Positions 1 through 13,317 of a DNA stretch of 64,000 bases are shown here, piece after piece (position 1 is the stretch's first letter; every line of letters begins with the position of its first letter). This stretch comes from Eledone cirrhosa (lineage: Eukaryota): positions 205,778,001-205,842,000 of the forward strand of contig OZ024741.1 in assembly GCA_964016885.1 (NCBI GenBank), given 5' to 3'. The notes under the pieces were generated by a model. It searched no databases, was not told where the DNA came from, and was given only the letters and a program-made list of their open reading frames with translations. The translations under genes and the position numbers were made by a program.

Positions 1-1100
1 TCCCCAATAGGGTTCTTTTATACCCCGTGGATAGAACAACCCTCAATACCAGGAACACGTTTTGTAGGTGTTCCTGTCTTCCCTCTGTTTATCTTCCTCA
101 ACCTACAGGTTTATATACAGAGAAGGCCCATTCACTCGGGCCATTTTCGCCACATTCACCTACCTTTCAGCGAATATACTGGGGTGTAGCAGTTCTCTCT
201 CCACTCTCACCTTCCTTCTGAAGTGATACTTAAAGAAGGGTATAAGTTGTTGTCCGGAGAGAAAGGTGTTTGCCCTCAGTTCTTTTAACCTCGTCCACCA
301 TATTACCTCTTTCGCCATAGCCACCAGACAGAGGAAAACCGCCTCTCCTTCGTTCTTAAATGAAGGCGGCGGGGTGATCCTAACGATGGACTCGCTGACA
401 ACTGGATGCGTCCCACACGTGAGAGTAGCTGTTGGACATAATTCCACAGGTCAGTCACCCCTGGGCACTGAACAACTTAGTGCAGAATGGTTTCGATGTC
501 CTGCTCACATCTTGGACAGGTCCTTTTGGCAGGATCTCTGCCAGGGCGTCCGTGCCAGTAGATTTTATCTCAAACTGGTAGAGCTCCTCGGTAACACTGC
601 CAGGCCAAAGACATCTGGAAGTTATCCATAAGCCCTGGACTGAAAGTCCTCCCGAACAGTTCGTCCTCCTAGATGCCTAGAATTTCCCCGAGAACGTCGT
701 CGCACTTATCCTCCACTAATCCCCTATAGAATGTCGAAGTGGAGTCTCTGCTGATTGCCGTTTCCGCTTGGTAGAGGGCTGTGAGCGCCTGTAGGCACTC
801 GAGGTGCCAGGCACCCATTTTCGGTCTTCGCTTGACCCAGGACTGCAGCTCTGTTAGTGAGCCGAGTTGTGGAAGAGCTTGTCTCACAAACGACAGCCAC
901 ACCGGTTCACTGGTCAGGAATAGCTGGAGATGGCGAAGCCTCAGCGCGGTTTGCGCATCATCAGCCACGGCATGCCCATCCCTCCGTTAGAAGGGTGTTG
1001 ACAGCAGATGGATCTCCTCACCAATGGAGCCTGTTTCTTCCAGAGGAACTTGAAGAGTAGGCGTTCATTTTGGTAAGGTATTCGCGGGGGCAAGGCACAA
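1..1100 (-). mobile_element. Tx1-like (L1 clade) LINE, 5'-truncated degenerate 3' part of ORF2 plus 3' UTR
   Basis: ORF pieces 669..968 and 160..447 (LRHLQLFLT, EAVFLCLVAMAKEVIWWTR) closely match the C-terminus of the Tx1 element at 30365-35560 and the copy at 39883-41286. The 5' junction abuts (GATA)n. Confidence 0.85.
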
Positions 1101-1237
1101 CAGGTAGATAGGTAGGAAGATAGACCCAGAGACAGGGAGACAGAGAGACAGACAGGAAGATTAATTAATGGATAGATAGGTAGATAGCTAGATTAGATAG
1201 ATTGATAGATAGAGATCAATCACTGAGAGACAGAGAT

Positions 1238-1269
<32 letters not shown>

Positions 1270-1308
1270 GAGGAGAGGCAGACAGATGGACGGGCGGACG
1301 GACCGATG

Positions 1309-1373
<65 letters not shown>

Positions 1374-1447
1374 GCAGGTAGGTAGGTAAATAGATAAACA
1401 GATAGAAAATGAAAGTGGGTTGGAGGTAAAAAGAGAGAGAGCGAGAG

Positions 1448-1525
<78 letters not shown>

Positions 1526-1540
1526 GGGAGAGAGAGAGAT
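1100..1540. repeat. (GATA)n and (GA)n microsatellites
   Basis: Directly visible. Confidence 0.95.
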
Positions 1541-1869
1541 ATTAAGGTATTCGTTCACTTTGAAGATAAGTAGAAATACAATTATAACGAGAAGTAAACG
1601 GAAGTGAGATAAAGAAAAAACAAATGAAGCCTTAGAACCCTGAACAAATTCTGTCACTATTCAAACATAAAAATAGACGTCAATCAATAAATTTTTTGAA
1701 TAAAATACATTACTTCCCATTCCAATGTTGTATGGGAAAGTAGAGAAAGGACTATATATAAATGCCATAAATATTAGAGGTCACCTGGTTGACTAAGTAG
1801 AGGCAATGATACATTTTGAAGGCATCTTAGCTTAAAGTTATTCAAGAGCAAAAAAAAAAACAAATCTTA

Positions 1870-2165
1870 TTTAGTAATAAAAAATAAAAAAAGGCGAATC
1901 ATAAAGAAAGAATAGGGAAATATAGAAAAAAAAAGAGAATTAAAGAAGAAAAAGAACGGGAAAAGGAGGGCATGGCAAGAGCTCTGGTGCCGCAGAAGAG
2001 AGGGGGTGAGGGGGAGGGTGGTTTGGTTTTGGGCGTAGTGCAAGGGGGAAGGAGTGCTGCGCCCCACGGACAAGACGGCAAAAGCATTACCCCGAACGAT
2101 GGCCAGTGACACCCGCTTCAACAACCACCCAACATCGCGGGGCTCCCCCCTCAGACGGGCCACCG
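1870..2165 (-). mobile_element. 3' terminal fragment of a CRE-clade-like RLE non-LTR element
   Basis: Peptide WLLKRVSLAIVRGNA resembles the C-terminal RxSxAxxRGNA motif of CRE-type elements. A similar 3' UTR remnant lies at about 22140-22260. Confidence 0.55.
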
Positions 2166-2379
2166 TTCAAAACAGGTTTTTGACTGAAAAAAGTCTAACT
2201 AGTTGGGCATATAAGCCCCTTGAGACGGTAAAAAGTGTACAGTATCACCCATGGGACTTTTTTCTGTCCATTTTTCCATTACAAGGGGTTTAAATGCCCG
2301 ACTATTTTTCATAAGTCAAAAACGTGTGTTGAAGCCGTTAACTTTAACATACAGTAAGCCAACTTCAGGACTCTGACAT

Positions 2380-2859
2380 CAGAAAGAAGATAAGTGTAAA
2401 AGCCAAACTCATTATCTTCAATTCGGTGTTCGTGTTTACCCTTACATATGGCAATGAATTATGGGTTATGACCGAAAGAATACGATCGCGAATACAAGCG
2501 GCCGAAATGAGGTTCCTTCAAAGTCTCTTTGGAGGAGTAACGATATTCGATAGAGTGTGTAGTTCAGAGATGAAGGAGTCGCTCCAGGTTGACTCGCTAC
2601 TTCTTCGCATCGAGAGATCATAGCTCCCATATTACGGACATATGTTTAGAATGTGTAAGGAAAGAAACACTGGATATATTTTATGGATTAAGACAAACGA
2701 AAGGAGACCCGGAGATACATCGCGTGCAAGATGGCTGTATAACATCCATGAGCTCGGTTGGTTTCGCTTGGGGATCAAACTGGATCATTTGAAGATGGTT
2801 GCTTCTGATAAGACCATCTGGAATAAGTGCTTGAGGACTCTGTCCCAACGACCGTCCCA

Positions 2860-2860
<1 letters not shown>
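2380..2860 (+). mobile_element. RTE-clade (Rex3/Expander-like) LINE 3' fragment
   Basis: Peptide LTYGNELWVMTERIRSRIQAAEMRFL; ends in a (GAA)n tail. A second relic lies at about 43555-43750. Confidence 0.75.
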
Positions 2861-3350
<490 letters not shown>

Positions 3351-3589
3351 TATTGGTGCTCTGAAATAGCGATGTATACATGAATGTATGTATAGTATAT
3401 TTGGTAATATACCGTATGTTTAATTAAAACCATTTAGAAGACCATTCGCTATCAGTTTTAAAGTAGTAACTATGTCACTTACTTATATTTTCGGTAAGGG
3501 CTGGGAGAGTGGCTGACAGCTGTTTCTCGCTGTTTGGCGTTTATCAAAGCCACGCACTCACCTGCCTTTGCCGAAAATTATAGAAGCTG

Positions 3590-3727
3590 GAATCCAGAAA
3601 TAGCCGTCGAAACGGCTTGAGCTCTACCGTCGGGGTTAAACATTTTCCTATTACCGACTCTACTATCCTAAGTATTGAGTACTCTGGTGCGTTATGGTCC
3701 ATCTGGTTCTTTACCACACCTCCTTCG

Positions 3728-3730
<3 letters not shown>
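3590..3730. mobile_element. Short dispersed repeat (same family as 23141-23333 and 54015-54208), next to (TA)n
   Basis: Shares TAGCCGTCGAAACGGCTTGAGCTC...GTATTGAGTACT...GGTCCATCTGGTTC...CCTTCGTT with the other two copies. Confidence 0.75.
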
Positions 3731-3785
<55 letters not shown>

Positions 3786-4684
3786 CCTCGTTTGTCTGTC
3801 TCCAATGCACTTAAAAACCAGTGGACCAATCATGTTTAAACTTGGCATGTACATTCTTTAGACTCAAGAATGGGTTTTCCTCACACTTGGACCTATATTC
3901 ATTTGTTTATATATTTGTTTCTCTGTTTGTCAATCTGTGGTCTCGTGAGTTATCATCGTCACTACGATGGAATATGACGGAAAAGGGAGAATGAAGAATT
4001 TATGAGATAACACAGGTGAAATTAAATAGAGCGCTGAAAGCTAAAGATGGAACTAAGCAAGTATGTTAAGAATCCATGAACGAAAAGAGAAAGCAACAGA
4101 GATAAAGAACGTGAAGAAAGTGAGTGACAAGCGTTCAACATAGTAGCCGAGACTAAAGCAACAAACACACGCTTGCTTCAGTATTGAACGCCCCCACGTC
4201 TCTCTCCTGCATGAAAGGAGGTACGACTAAAACAAATGAGAACACACGTTCAGTCAACATGAAGTAACAATACACGCCTGCTTTAATATCAATATCTGCT
4301 CTTCCCTCTATTGGCTTCAGCACATTTTGTCATACATTATTTATACCTTTCCGTGTGCGTATATATGTCATATCTACTTAATATTTAGCCTGTGAACAAA
4401 AAGAGCTCCATACAGTTTGAGAGCATTGTGTATTTTAACGCAGGCTAAGGGAAGAAACTCTGAATAACTCATGTTTGTAGTTGGCGGTGGTGGTGACACC
4501 GCCATTTTCCAAACTCAAGAAAGCTTCTAGATATAAGTTTGAAATCAGAGGCAACGAAGCAGAGTATGTATGTATGTATGTATGTATGTATGTATGTATG
4601 TATGTATGTATGTATGTATGTATGTATGTATGTATGTATGTATGTATGTATGTATGTATGTTATCTCTTTCTCTTAATTTCGAG

Positions 4685-5620
4685 TATATTTTTTTGACCG
4701 GCCACCTTCCTGGTGGCAAGGTTGTAAAAGAAAAGAAATTGTCATCCCTTGAATCGCAAGAATGTTTTGCAGATTTTGAAGGTGCCAGCTATCGCAGCCA
4801 TTTGTAGGCTATGAATTAGGGAGCCGCGCTTTTTGTCCGCAAATCCAAGTTCAGTCATACTTTGGTCCAAGCGGGTTGGTATATAACCCGTAGCTCCAAT
4901 AATGATGGGTATGAAGCTAAAGGTGTACCTTGGATACTGGATTTGTAAACTCCTCATCAATGGTCCATAGATGTCCTCCTTCTCCTGTATTTTTCTGACA
5001 ACGTTTACATCAAGTGGGCAGCTGATCTCCACAACAGAACACGTTTTCAGTGTGTGGTCTCAAACAACAATATCAGGCCGGTTGTGCTTTAATTTGGTGG
5101 CAGTTTTTATTTTCAGGTTCCACCGGTATTTCTTAGTGCCATCTGTCTCTATATTCTTCCTCGTTTGTTGTTAATTTTGTTTTCCGAAGTGCGTTCCAGA
5201 TGGTTCTAGCTATCCCATCGTGTCTCATGGGGAGGTAGTAGCGAGATGACATTCTTTCGCAGCTGGCAACAATGTGGCTTACATCCTCGATCTTTGTTTT
5301 AGACTACATAGCCTACATTTATTGTCAGCTGCTGGCCCTCCTCTTTTGTGCAGCAGATATTTGGTAGGGAGTTCTTGTTCCTGTATTGCATAGAGATATC
5401 CCTCAAGGTGTGATGTCATAAACTTGTCGGAAATCCATGCCAGGCTTTTTGAGTGGTTTATCCTCTCTATGGTCTGTGTTTTACGTCTCAAGTATCCATG
5501 CACAACTTTTTCTGTAAATTGGTCAATTTTTTTATCTTGTTTGAACATTGAATAGGATCTTCCGATTTCTCTGGGTGAGAGATTTATATGAGGCTTTATT
5601 CCATATCTCTCCTCATGTTC
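4685..5620 (-). mobile_element. R4/Dong-type RLE LINE, degenerate 3' fragment
   Basis: Motifs EGYLYAIQEQEL, CRLC and EISCP..KIQEK..Y..IPIIIGATG. The 3' end abuts (TACA)n at 4564-4660. Confidence 0.8.
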
Positions 5621-6810
5621 TTCTGATTTTATAATTTCACAAAGTTTTACCAATAAAGAGAGTCGGTTTCTAAAATAGACACAAGACTCTCTCATTGGAA
5701 TTTACACACCATCAACTAGGTAGATATGTATGTATGCATGCATGTGTAGATATGGATGTTATTGTATTTGTGGATGTGTATGTTTTGAGTTGTATGTGTG
5801 CATGTGTATATGCTTTGTATCTGTACATGTGTATATGCAGTTATTAGATGCAACATTTTTGGAATGTTTTACATATTTTTACTGTTCCATTAATGGATTG
5901 TACTTGTAATTTCCTAACTAGTTGTGTTCTTTCTGTTCCTGTGAAGCCTAGCTTCTCAAGATTTGTATTGAGGCAGTTACTAACATACCCCAGTGCCCCA
6001 ATAATCACAGGCATAAATCTGAAGGTGTAATCAGGGTGGAGTATCAGCAGATTTCTCATCAGTTCTGCATAAATATTCTCTTTTTCGCTAATCTTTGATA
6101 TAATATTGGCATCTGCTGGGCAGTTAATTTCCACAACTGTGCATGCTTTCTTCTCCCTGTCCCATATCATAATACCTGGTCTGTTATGTCTGCATTTTAT
6201 TGGGGTTTTTACTGGAAGATTCCACCAGCACTCTTTCATATTATGTACATGGATGTCTTCCACATTGTTGTAGCTTTTAATGTGTTTATTATCGGAGCTA
6301 TCTTTTTTACGAACTGCCTTGTACAGTGTTTTGGCCACTACATCATGCTTCATAGGTAGATAGTACCGCGATGACGTCTTTGGACAGCTGCTGATGACAT
6401 GGGTGATATCCTCGATGTTAGTTCTGCAGAGTCTGCACTTGTTATCACGTCTAGGTGTTTTTCCTGCATCCCTATCTCTTTTGTGAATCAGGTATTTCGT
6501 GTTAATTTCCTGTTCTTGAATTGCAAAAGCGTATCCTTCAAAGTGGGAGCCAATATAGCGGTTGTTGGTCCAAGATAGACTACTTTCCTTATCTATATTA
6601 CTCTCACTCTGGAGCTTCCTGGCAACATATCCATGCATGATTTTTTTTGCTGATAAGCATGCAGTTTTTCATCCATGGATTCACTGCGATACTGCTGAGC
6701 GACTTCTCTGGGTGTGAGTTTTTGATTATCGCTCAGAGAGTGGGATTGGCTCAGTGCACAGTCTTTCCTAACTTTAAAAATATCTTCACGCACAGGCATT
6801 GCATGAGAGC
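5620..6810 (-). mobile_element. R4/Dong-type RLE LINE 3' fragment (zinc knuckle plus RLE)
   Basis: ORF 5844..6638 carries CRLC..EDITHVISSC, KHDVVA and RPGIMIWD..VVEINCP. It is a near-duplicate of about 6890-7980. Confidence 0.85.
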
Positions 6811-6889
6811 ATTAATTGTTAATTATTAATAATGTTATATCGTGCAATAGCCAAACTCGATAATGAGGGGGCAGCCATTATGTATCTAT

Positions 6890-8374
6890 GTTCTTCTGGT
6901 TTTATAATTTCACAAGGTTTTCCCAATAGAGAGAGAGTCGGTTTCTAACATAGACACAATACTCTCTCATTGGAATTTACACAACATCAACTAGGTAGAT
7001 TATGTATGCATGCATGTGTAAATATGGATGTTATTGTATGTGTGGATGTGTATGTTTTGAGTTGTATGTGTGCATGTGTATATGCTTTGTATCTGTACAT
7101 GTGTATATGCAGTTATTAGATGCAAAATGTTCGGAATGATTTACATATTTTTACTGTTCCATTAATGGATTGTACTTGTAATTTCCTAACTAGTTGTGTT
7201 CTTTCTGTTCCTGTGAAGCCTAGCTTCTCAAGATTTGTATTGAGGCAGTTACTAACATACCCCAGTGCCCTAATAATCACAGGCATAAATCTGAAGGTGT
7301 AATCAGGGTGGAGTATCTGCAGATTTCTCATCAGTTCTGCATAAATATTCTCCTTTTCGCTAATCTTTGATATTATATTGACATCTGCTGGGCAGCTAAT
7401 TTCCACTACTGTGCATGCTTTCTTCTCCCTGTCCCATATCATAATATCTGCTCTGTTATGCTTACATTTTATTGGGGTTTTTACTGGAACATTCCACCAG
7501 TACCCTTTCATATTATGTACATGGATGTCTTCCACATTGCTGTAGCTTTTAATGTGTTAATTATCGGGGCTATCTTTTCTACGGATTGCATTGTACAGTG
7601 TTTTGGCCACTACATCATGCTTCATAGGTAGATAGTACCGCGATGACGTCTTTGGACAGCTGCTGATGACATGGGTGACATCTTCGAAGTTAGTTCTGCA
7701 GAGTCTGCACTTGTTATCACATCTAGGTGTTTTGACTGCATCGCTATCTCTTTTGTGAATCAGGTATTTCGTGTTAATTTCCTGTTCTTGGATTGCAAAA
7801 GCGTATCCTTCAAAGTGGGAGCCAATATAGCGGTTGTTGGTCCAAGATAGACTACTTTCCTTATTTATATTACTCTCACTCTGGAACTTCCTGGCAACAT
7901 ATCCATGCATGATTTTTTGCTGATAAGCATGCAGTTTTTCATCCATGGATTCACTGTGATACTGCTGAGCGACTTCCCTGTTGTTATCTGTTTCATGCAG
8001 ATAGACTTGCTCGAGAGACGGACTCCTACGATTCGTGGTTCGTAGATGTTGTTGGAGGGATATGATGCGACATTCAAATGCTGTCTAGACTGATGTTAGG
8101 CCTCTGCCTCCCTTCTTACGTTTCAAGTAAAGGCGGTCTATGTCACTGTTGATGTGGAGGTTTCCGGTGTTGTTTAGTATTTTTCGAGTTCCAACATCAA
8201 CTGCTCGGATTTCGTCTATCGTCCAATTGAGTATTCGAAACGTTGGTGTTAGGACAGGCACAGCAAACACATTGTGAGCCACTATTTTGTTTTGCGCAGA
8301 GAGTTCCGATGACCAGATCTTTCTTAATCGGGTGTAGTATTCCTTGGTTACGCGTTCCTTATTACAGATACCAT

Positions 8375-8375
<1 letters not shown>
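6890..8375 (-). mobile_element. R4/Dong-type RLE LINE 3' fragment (RT thumb to RLE), second copy
   Basis: ORFs 7116..7535, 7557..7946 and 8085..8375 (DIDRLYLKRKKGGRGL). Confidence 0.85.
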
Positions 8376-8424
<49 letters not shown>

Positions 8425-8606
8425 GAAGAAGAAGAAATATAGGGAAGAAGACGCACGAGGTGACGGAGGTCATGAAATCGCTCCCGTAAGTTTTGAATTT
8501 TTAACATATTTAAATCATTTGTGAAATAACAACTCTTAGTACAAATGCTACGTAAAGCACCCGGCTTGAGCCCCAAAAAAATTCGGACCCAAAATATATT
8601 GTTATA

Positions 8607-9248
8607 AGGCTCAAATATTCAAATATTCAACTTTGTATTGTACACTGTATATCCAAAAAAAAATGGCTATAAATGGAAGAAGAAGAACCCCCCCCCCTCC
8701 TCTCCTCTGGCTACACTATATAGGACAGCGAAACTCACCAACACCAGAAACTAGATACACCACCCACCCCATCATCTGTGTACACTAAACACAACAGCAT
8801 TTTCACCTTCACCGCCACCGCTCACTACGGCCATCATTACCACCACTATCCCATCACCGCCGCCACCACCCCTTGACTCCTTCACTGCTGCTGCCACCGC
8901 TACAGCACCATCACTACAGTAATACGGCTCAAATATTCAAATATTCAACTTTGTATTGTACACTGTATATCCAAAAAAAAATAAAATGGCTATAAATGGA
9001 AGAAGAAGAACCCCCCCCCTCCTCTCCTCTGGCTACACTATATAGGACAGCGAAACTCACCAACACCAGAAACTAGATACACCACCCACCCCATCATCTG
9101 TGTACACTGAACACAACAGCATTTTCACCTTCACCGCCACCGCTCACTACGGCCATCATTACCACCACTATCCCATCACCGCCGCCACCACCCCCTGACT
9201 CCTTCACTGCTGCTGCCACCGCTACAGCACCATCACTACAGTAATACG
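8607..9248 (+). repeat. About 320-bp direct tandem duplication inside the unit A leader
   Basis: GGCTCAAATATTCAAATATTC...CATCACTACAGTAATAC occurs at about 8608 and again at about 8926. Confidence 0.85.
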
Positions 9249-9818
9249 GTCGCATCACCGCCACCACTGCCTCGGTATCGACATCACCACCACCACTGTC
9301 TCAGTATCGCCAACGCCGCCAGTCTCTGCTGGCTACCACTTCCACATTATAGAATTCCTACTACTAACAAAGAGGAAGGCATCAAAATATATAGATAGAC
9401 TCAAAAGAAAAAAGAAAAAACAAACAACAAAAGCAGCACAGCAACAACAGTAAAAAACGAGAAAAACAGAGAAAAACAAAAACAAAAAAAGAAACCCCAA
9501 AAACGTAAAGAAAATAAGAATGAAGAGAGAAGCAGGCGGACGGACAGAGAAGAGGGGGGAAAAAGTAAAACTTAAAAAACAAAAACTAAGTCAGACATTC
9601 GAATACTACATTACAATGAAACTTATGCTTATTCATTTTTGGGGCCCTTTCTGCCCGTGTGTTTGTTTGTTTATGTGTGTCCGTATACAGCGTGGTGATA
9701 GTGCCACACAAGGGCCAAGTGGGATGGCGGATCCACAGATGGCTATGTAAACATACATTCGCCAATCCTCGATAAGAGTGTTTAAATATCGAACATAAAC
9801 AGTTCGAATAACGGTGAA

Positions 9819-12800
9819 ATGGAGACTAGAACGTCATGTGACAGACTCTCACCCAACAGGTGCCCCCTGGCTCAGCAGCAGGAACCTGACTGTCAACCAA
9901 ATACTGCTGATGTTGGAGGAAGAAGAAGAAGGAAAGGGGCCAGAACCAACTGGACGAAAGAATTGAATAGAACTGTTATGCAAGGCTACCTGAAAAGTAA
10001 CCCCAAGGAGAGGGGCTACAGGAGACGGATGCATAACATCTGGAACGAGATTGGTTTATTTAAATTAGATGAACAAAAATTGGCCGGGCAGGCTCGGGTA
10101 ATAAGAACTAATGGGTGGATAAGCGAGCTGGAACTGGAGGAACTGAGCAGAGAGAATGGCTTGGAGATGGCGGGTGTAGTATGCCAGACAAGCGAGCCGG
10201 CGGGAAATGAAGGTGAGGAGGTCCTGAGAACGGAGGAACCACCCGAAGCAGACAATGATCTGAATACTGAGATAAATAATACCTGGAACAGAGATACGGC
10301 CACTGAGGAGATGAATGCTGACGGGCTAGGACAAGATTCGGTTGACATCCTAAATTTAGTGGTAGATGAGTTGAACAATGATAGTGGGAGACCTATGAAC
10401 CTAAGATTTGTAGACAGGAAAAAGTTAAAAGAAACAACAGCTAAGGTAAACAAAGTCATCCCATACCTTGAGGCGAGGAGTCTTCACCAGTGCAACAATA
10501 TCCTCAAAGCAACAGCAAATACGGTGAGGAAACTACTTGGTATAAAAGCGAGAGGAAACAACAGACAAGAAAGAGCAGAGCCGTGGTGGAAGAAGCGACT
10601 GAGTGGGCAAATCGGGGAAATGAGAAATGACATAGGAAAGCTTGAGTCACTACTGAATGGGACACTAAAAAACATAGGCACTAAAAATAGACTGAAAATA
10701 AAATACAAAACTAGGAGTAAAAAGCTAAATATTATCATAGAGGAATTGAAGCAACGCATTGTAGCAAAGAGTGCCAAAATCAGGCGATACGAGAACAGAG
10801 TCAGTCAGTATAAACAGAACCGCATGTTCGACAACAACCAGAAGATGCTGTTTGGACAGCTTGAGGGGAAAGAAAGAGGCAACGACTTGATCCCTGGGGC
10901 GGAACAAGCTAAAACATTCTGGAGAGGAATATGGGAGCAGGATGTTAGACACAATGCCCAGGCAGGGTGGATTGAGACAGTACAGAGGGAGATCGGTGAG
11001 CAGGCACAGCAACAGACTGATTTGAGTATCACAGTTGAAACTCTTAAGGGGCAAGCCAAAAAACTAACCAACTGGAAATCACCAGGCCCAGATGGTGTGC
11101 AGGGGTATTGGATTAAACATTTAACATCCCTCCACCCGAAGCTGACGGCCATGTTCAATGACTGCTTGGTGTCGGGTGAGGTGCCAGAGTGGTTGACAAA
11201 AGGTACCACAGTTCTGATAATGAAAGACCGAATCAAGGGTAATGATGTTACCAACTATAGACCTATCACATGTCTGCCCGTAATGTGGAAACTGTTGACG
11301 AGCATTGTGTCTGAGGAAATCTACCATCACCTCCACACAAACAACTTGTTGCCGGACGAACAGAAAGGATGCCGAAAGAAGTCACGTGGTACAAAGGACC
11401 AGTTGCTTATTGATAAGATGGTAATGGGGAATTGCAGGAGGAGACACACTGATCTTGCCATGGGATGGATAGACTACAGAAAGGCATTTGACATGGTGCC
11501 TCATTCCTGGATCACCAAAAGCCTGGAGATCTTCAGGGTGGCAGATAACATCAGACAGTTGCTGGGCAGGAGTATGGGGTCCTGGGAGACAGAGTTGACA
11601 TCAACTGGAGTATCCTTGGGAAGCGTGAAGATCAAGAGAGGTATCTTCCAGGGAGATAGCCTGTCCCCTCTGTTGTTTGTCCTTGCCCTGATGCCCTTGA
11701 CCATTATGCTGCGAAAAGTGAGAGCAGGATACAAGTTGGGAAGGGGAGAGCTTACCATCAATCACCTCCTCTTCATGGACGATCTTAAGCTCTTCGGGAA
11801 AAGTGAGAAGGAGTTGGATGTGCTTGTTGACACTGTCCGTATTTTCAGCAGTGATATATGTATGCAGTTTGGTATTGGTAAATGTGGAGTCATTGTGATG
11901 AAGAGGGGTAGGTTGAGCAGAAGTAACGGGATCCAGATACCAACAGGTGAGATGATAAAGGAAATTGACTCTGAGGAAGGATACAAGTATTTGGGCGTTC
12001 TGGAGGCTGATGGCATAAAGAACAAAAAAAATGAAGGAATTGTTAAGAACAGAATACATTCGGAGAGTAAGGAGCGTATTGAAGTCACATCTGAACAGCA
12101 GAAATGCCATAAGCGCAGTAAATTCCCGAGCTGTGTCTATTATTAGGTACAGTGCGGGAATTCTGAGATGGAATGTTGCTGAACAAAAAGAAATGGATAG
12201 GAAGACTAGGAAGCTATTGACTATCTACAACATGTTCCACAAGAGGAGTGATGTCGATAGACTCTACCTAAGGAGATCTGAGGGTGGAAGAGGTCTTATC
12301 AGCATAGAGGACTGTGTTCAGATGGAGAAAAACAACCTATACAAATACGTGACCTATAGTAAGGAGCCAATGCTCAGAACTGTACTGAAGGAGGGGACAA
12401 TAGGCCAGGGGATGTCCAAGGAGGAAATAACATCAAGGAGGAAGAGCAGCCTTAAGGGAAAATCCCTTCATAGTACCTTCTTTGAGAAAACTGAATTTAG
12501 AGATCCACAGACATGGAACTGGTTGAGAAGAGGAGACCTCAAAAAGGCTACAGAAGGAATGCTAATGGCTGCGCAGGAGCAGGCCCTCAAAACGAAGTGG
12601 TTGAAGCACCATATCTACAAGGAGGAGGCTAGCCCACTGTGCAGGATCTGTGGAGAGAGAGAGGAGACTGTGGCTCACATTGTGTCCGAGTGTAAACACC
12701 TAGCCCAGACCCACTATAAGGGCTGGAGACACGATGTGATGGGCAGGGTGATCCACTGGCACCTGTGCAAAGTAAACAATCTACCACATTCTGAGAAATG

Positions 12801-13212
12801 GTATGAGCATAGGCCAGAGGCGGTGATGGAGAACAGTCAGGTGAAGCTGCTGTGGGATTTTAGGATACAGACGGACAAAAAACTGGAACACAATAGACCT
12901 GACCTGGTGGTTGTGGACAAAGAAAAAAGATCGTGCCTGATTGTGGATGTGGCCTGCCCGTTCGACACGAGAGTGCAAGAGAAGGAGAGGGAGAAAATTA
13001 ACCGATACCAGGACCTAAAGTGGGAGGTGAAAAGGATTTGGAACTGCCATGAAGTCAAAGTGATCCCGATTGTCATAGGCGCACTGGGGACTATCTCCAA
13101 AGGTTTCCAGGGATGGTTAAAGAAAATCGGCCCCTTCACGCTTTTTGGAACGCTTCAAAAGGCATGCTTGCTTGGAACAGCAAGAACCCTCCGATACGTC
13201 CTGAATATCTGA
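9819..13212 (+). pseudogene. R4/Dong-like ORF (RT, CCHC knuckle, restriction-like endonuclease), about 1130 aa, one frameshift near 12025-12031
   Basis: Motifs KSPGPDG, NYRPITCL, WIDYRKAFD, GIFQGDSLSP, FMDDLK, YKYLG, CRIC..ETVAHIVSEC, RHD, RPDLVVVD..IVDVACP and EKINRY. The only disruption is one extra A in an A8 run relative to unit B. Confidence 0.9.
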
Positions 13213-13317
13213 GGCTGCAGGTAGTGGCTTGATATTCAATCCAACGGACTTTCCAGTTAACCAACATCAATGACTGAGATTCAAGGAATAACAATAATAA
13301 TAATAATAATAATAATA

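Larger units (their letters stand above)
8441..13317 (+). mobile_element. Tandem unit A: about 1.4-kb leader plus near full-length R4/Dong-like RLE LINE, flanked by (TAA)n
   Basis: Starts AGGGAAGAAGACGCACGAGG after (TAA)n at 8375-8422 and ends with a (TAA)n tail. The same start sequence recurs at 13318. Confidence 0.85.
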
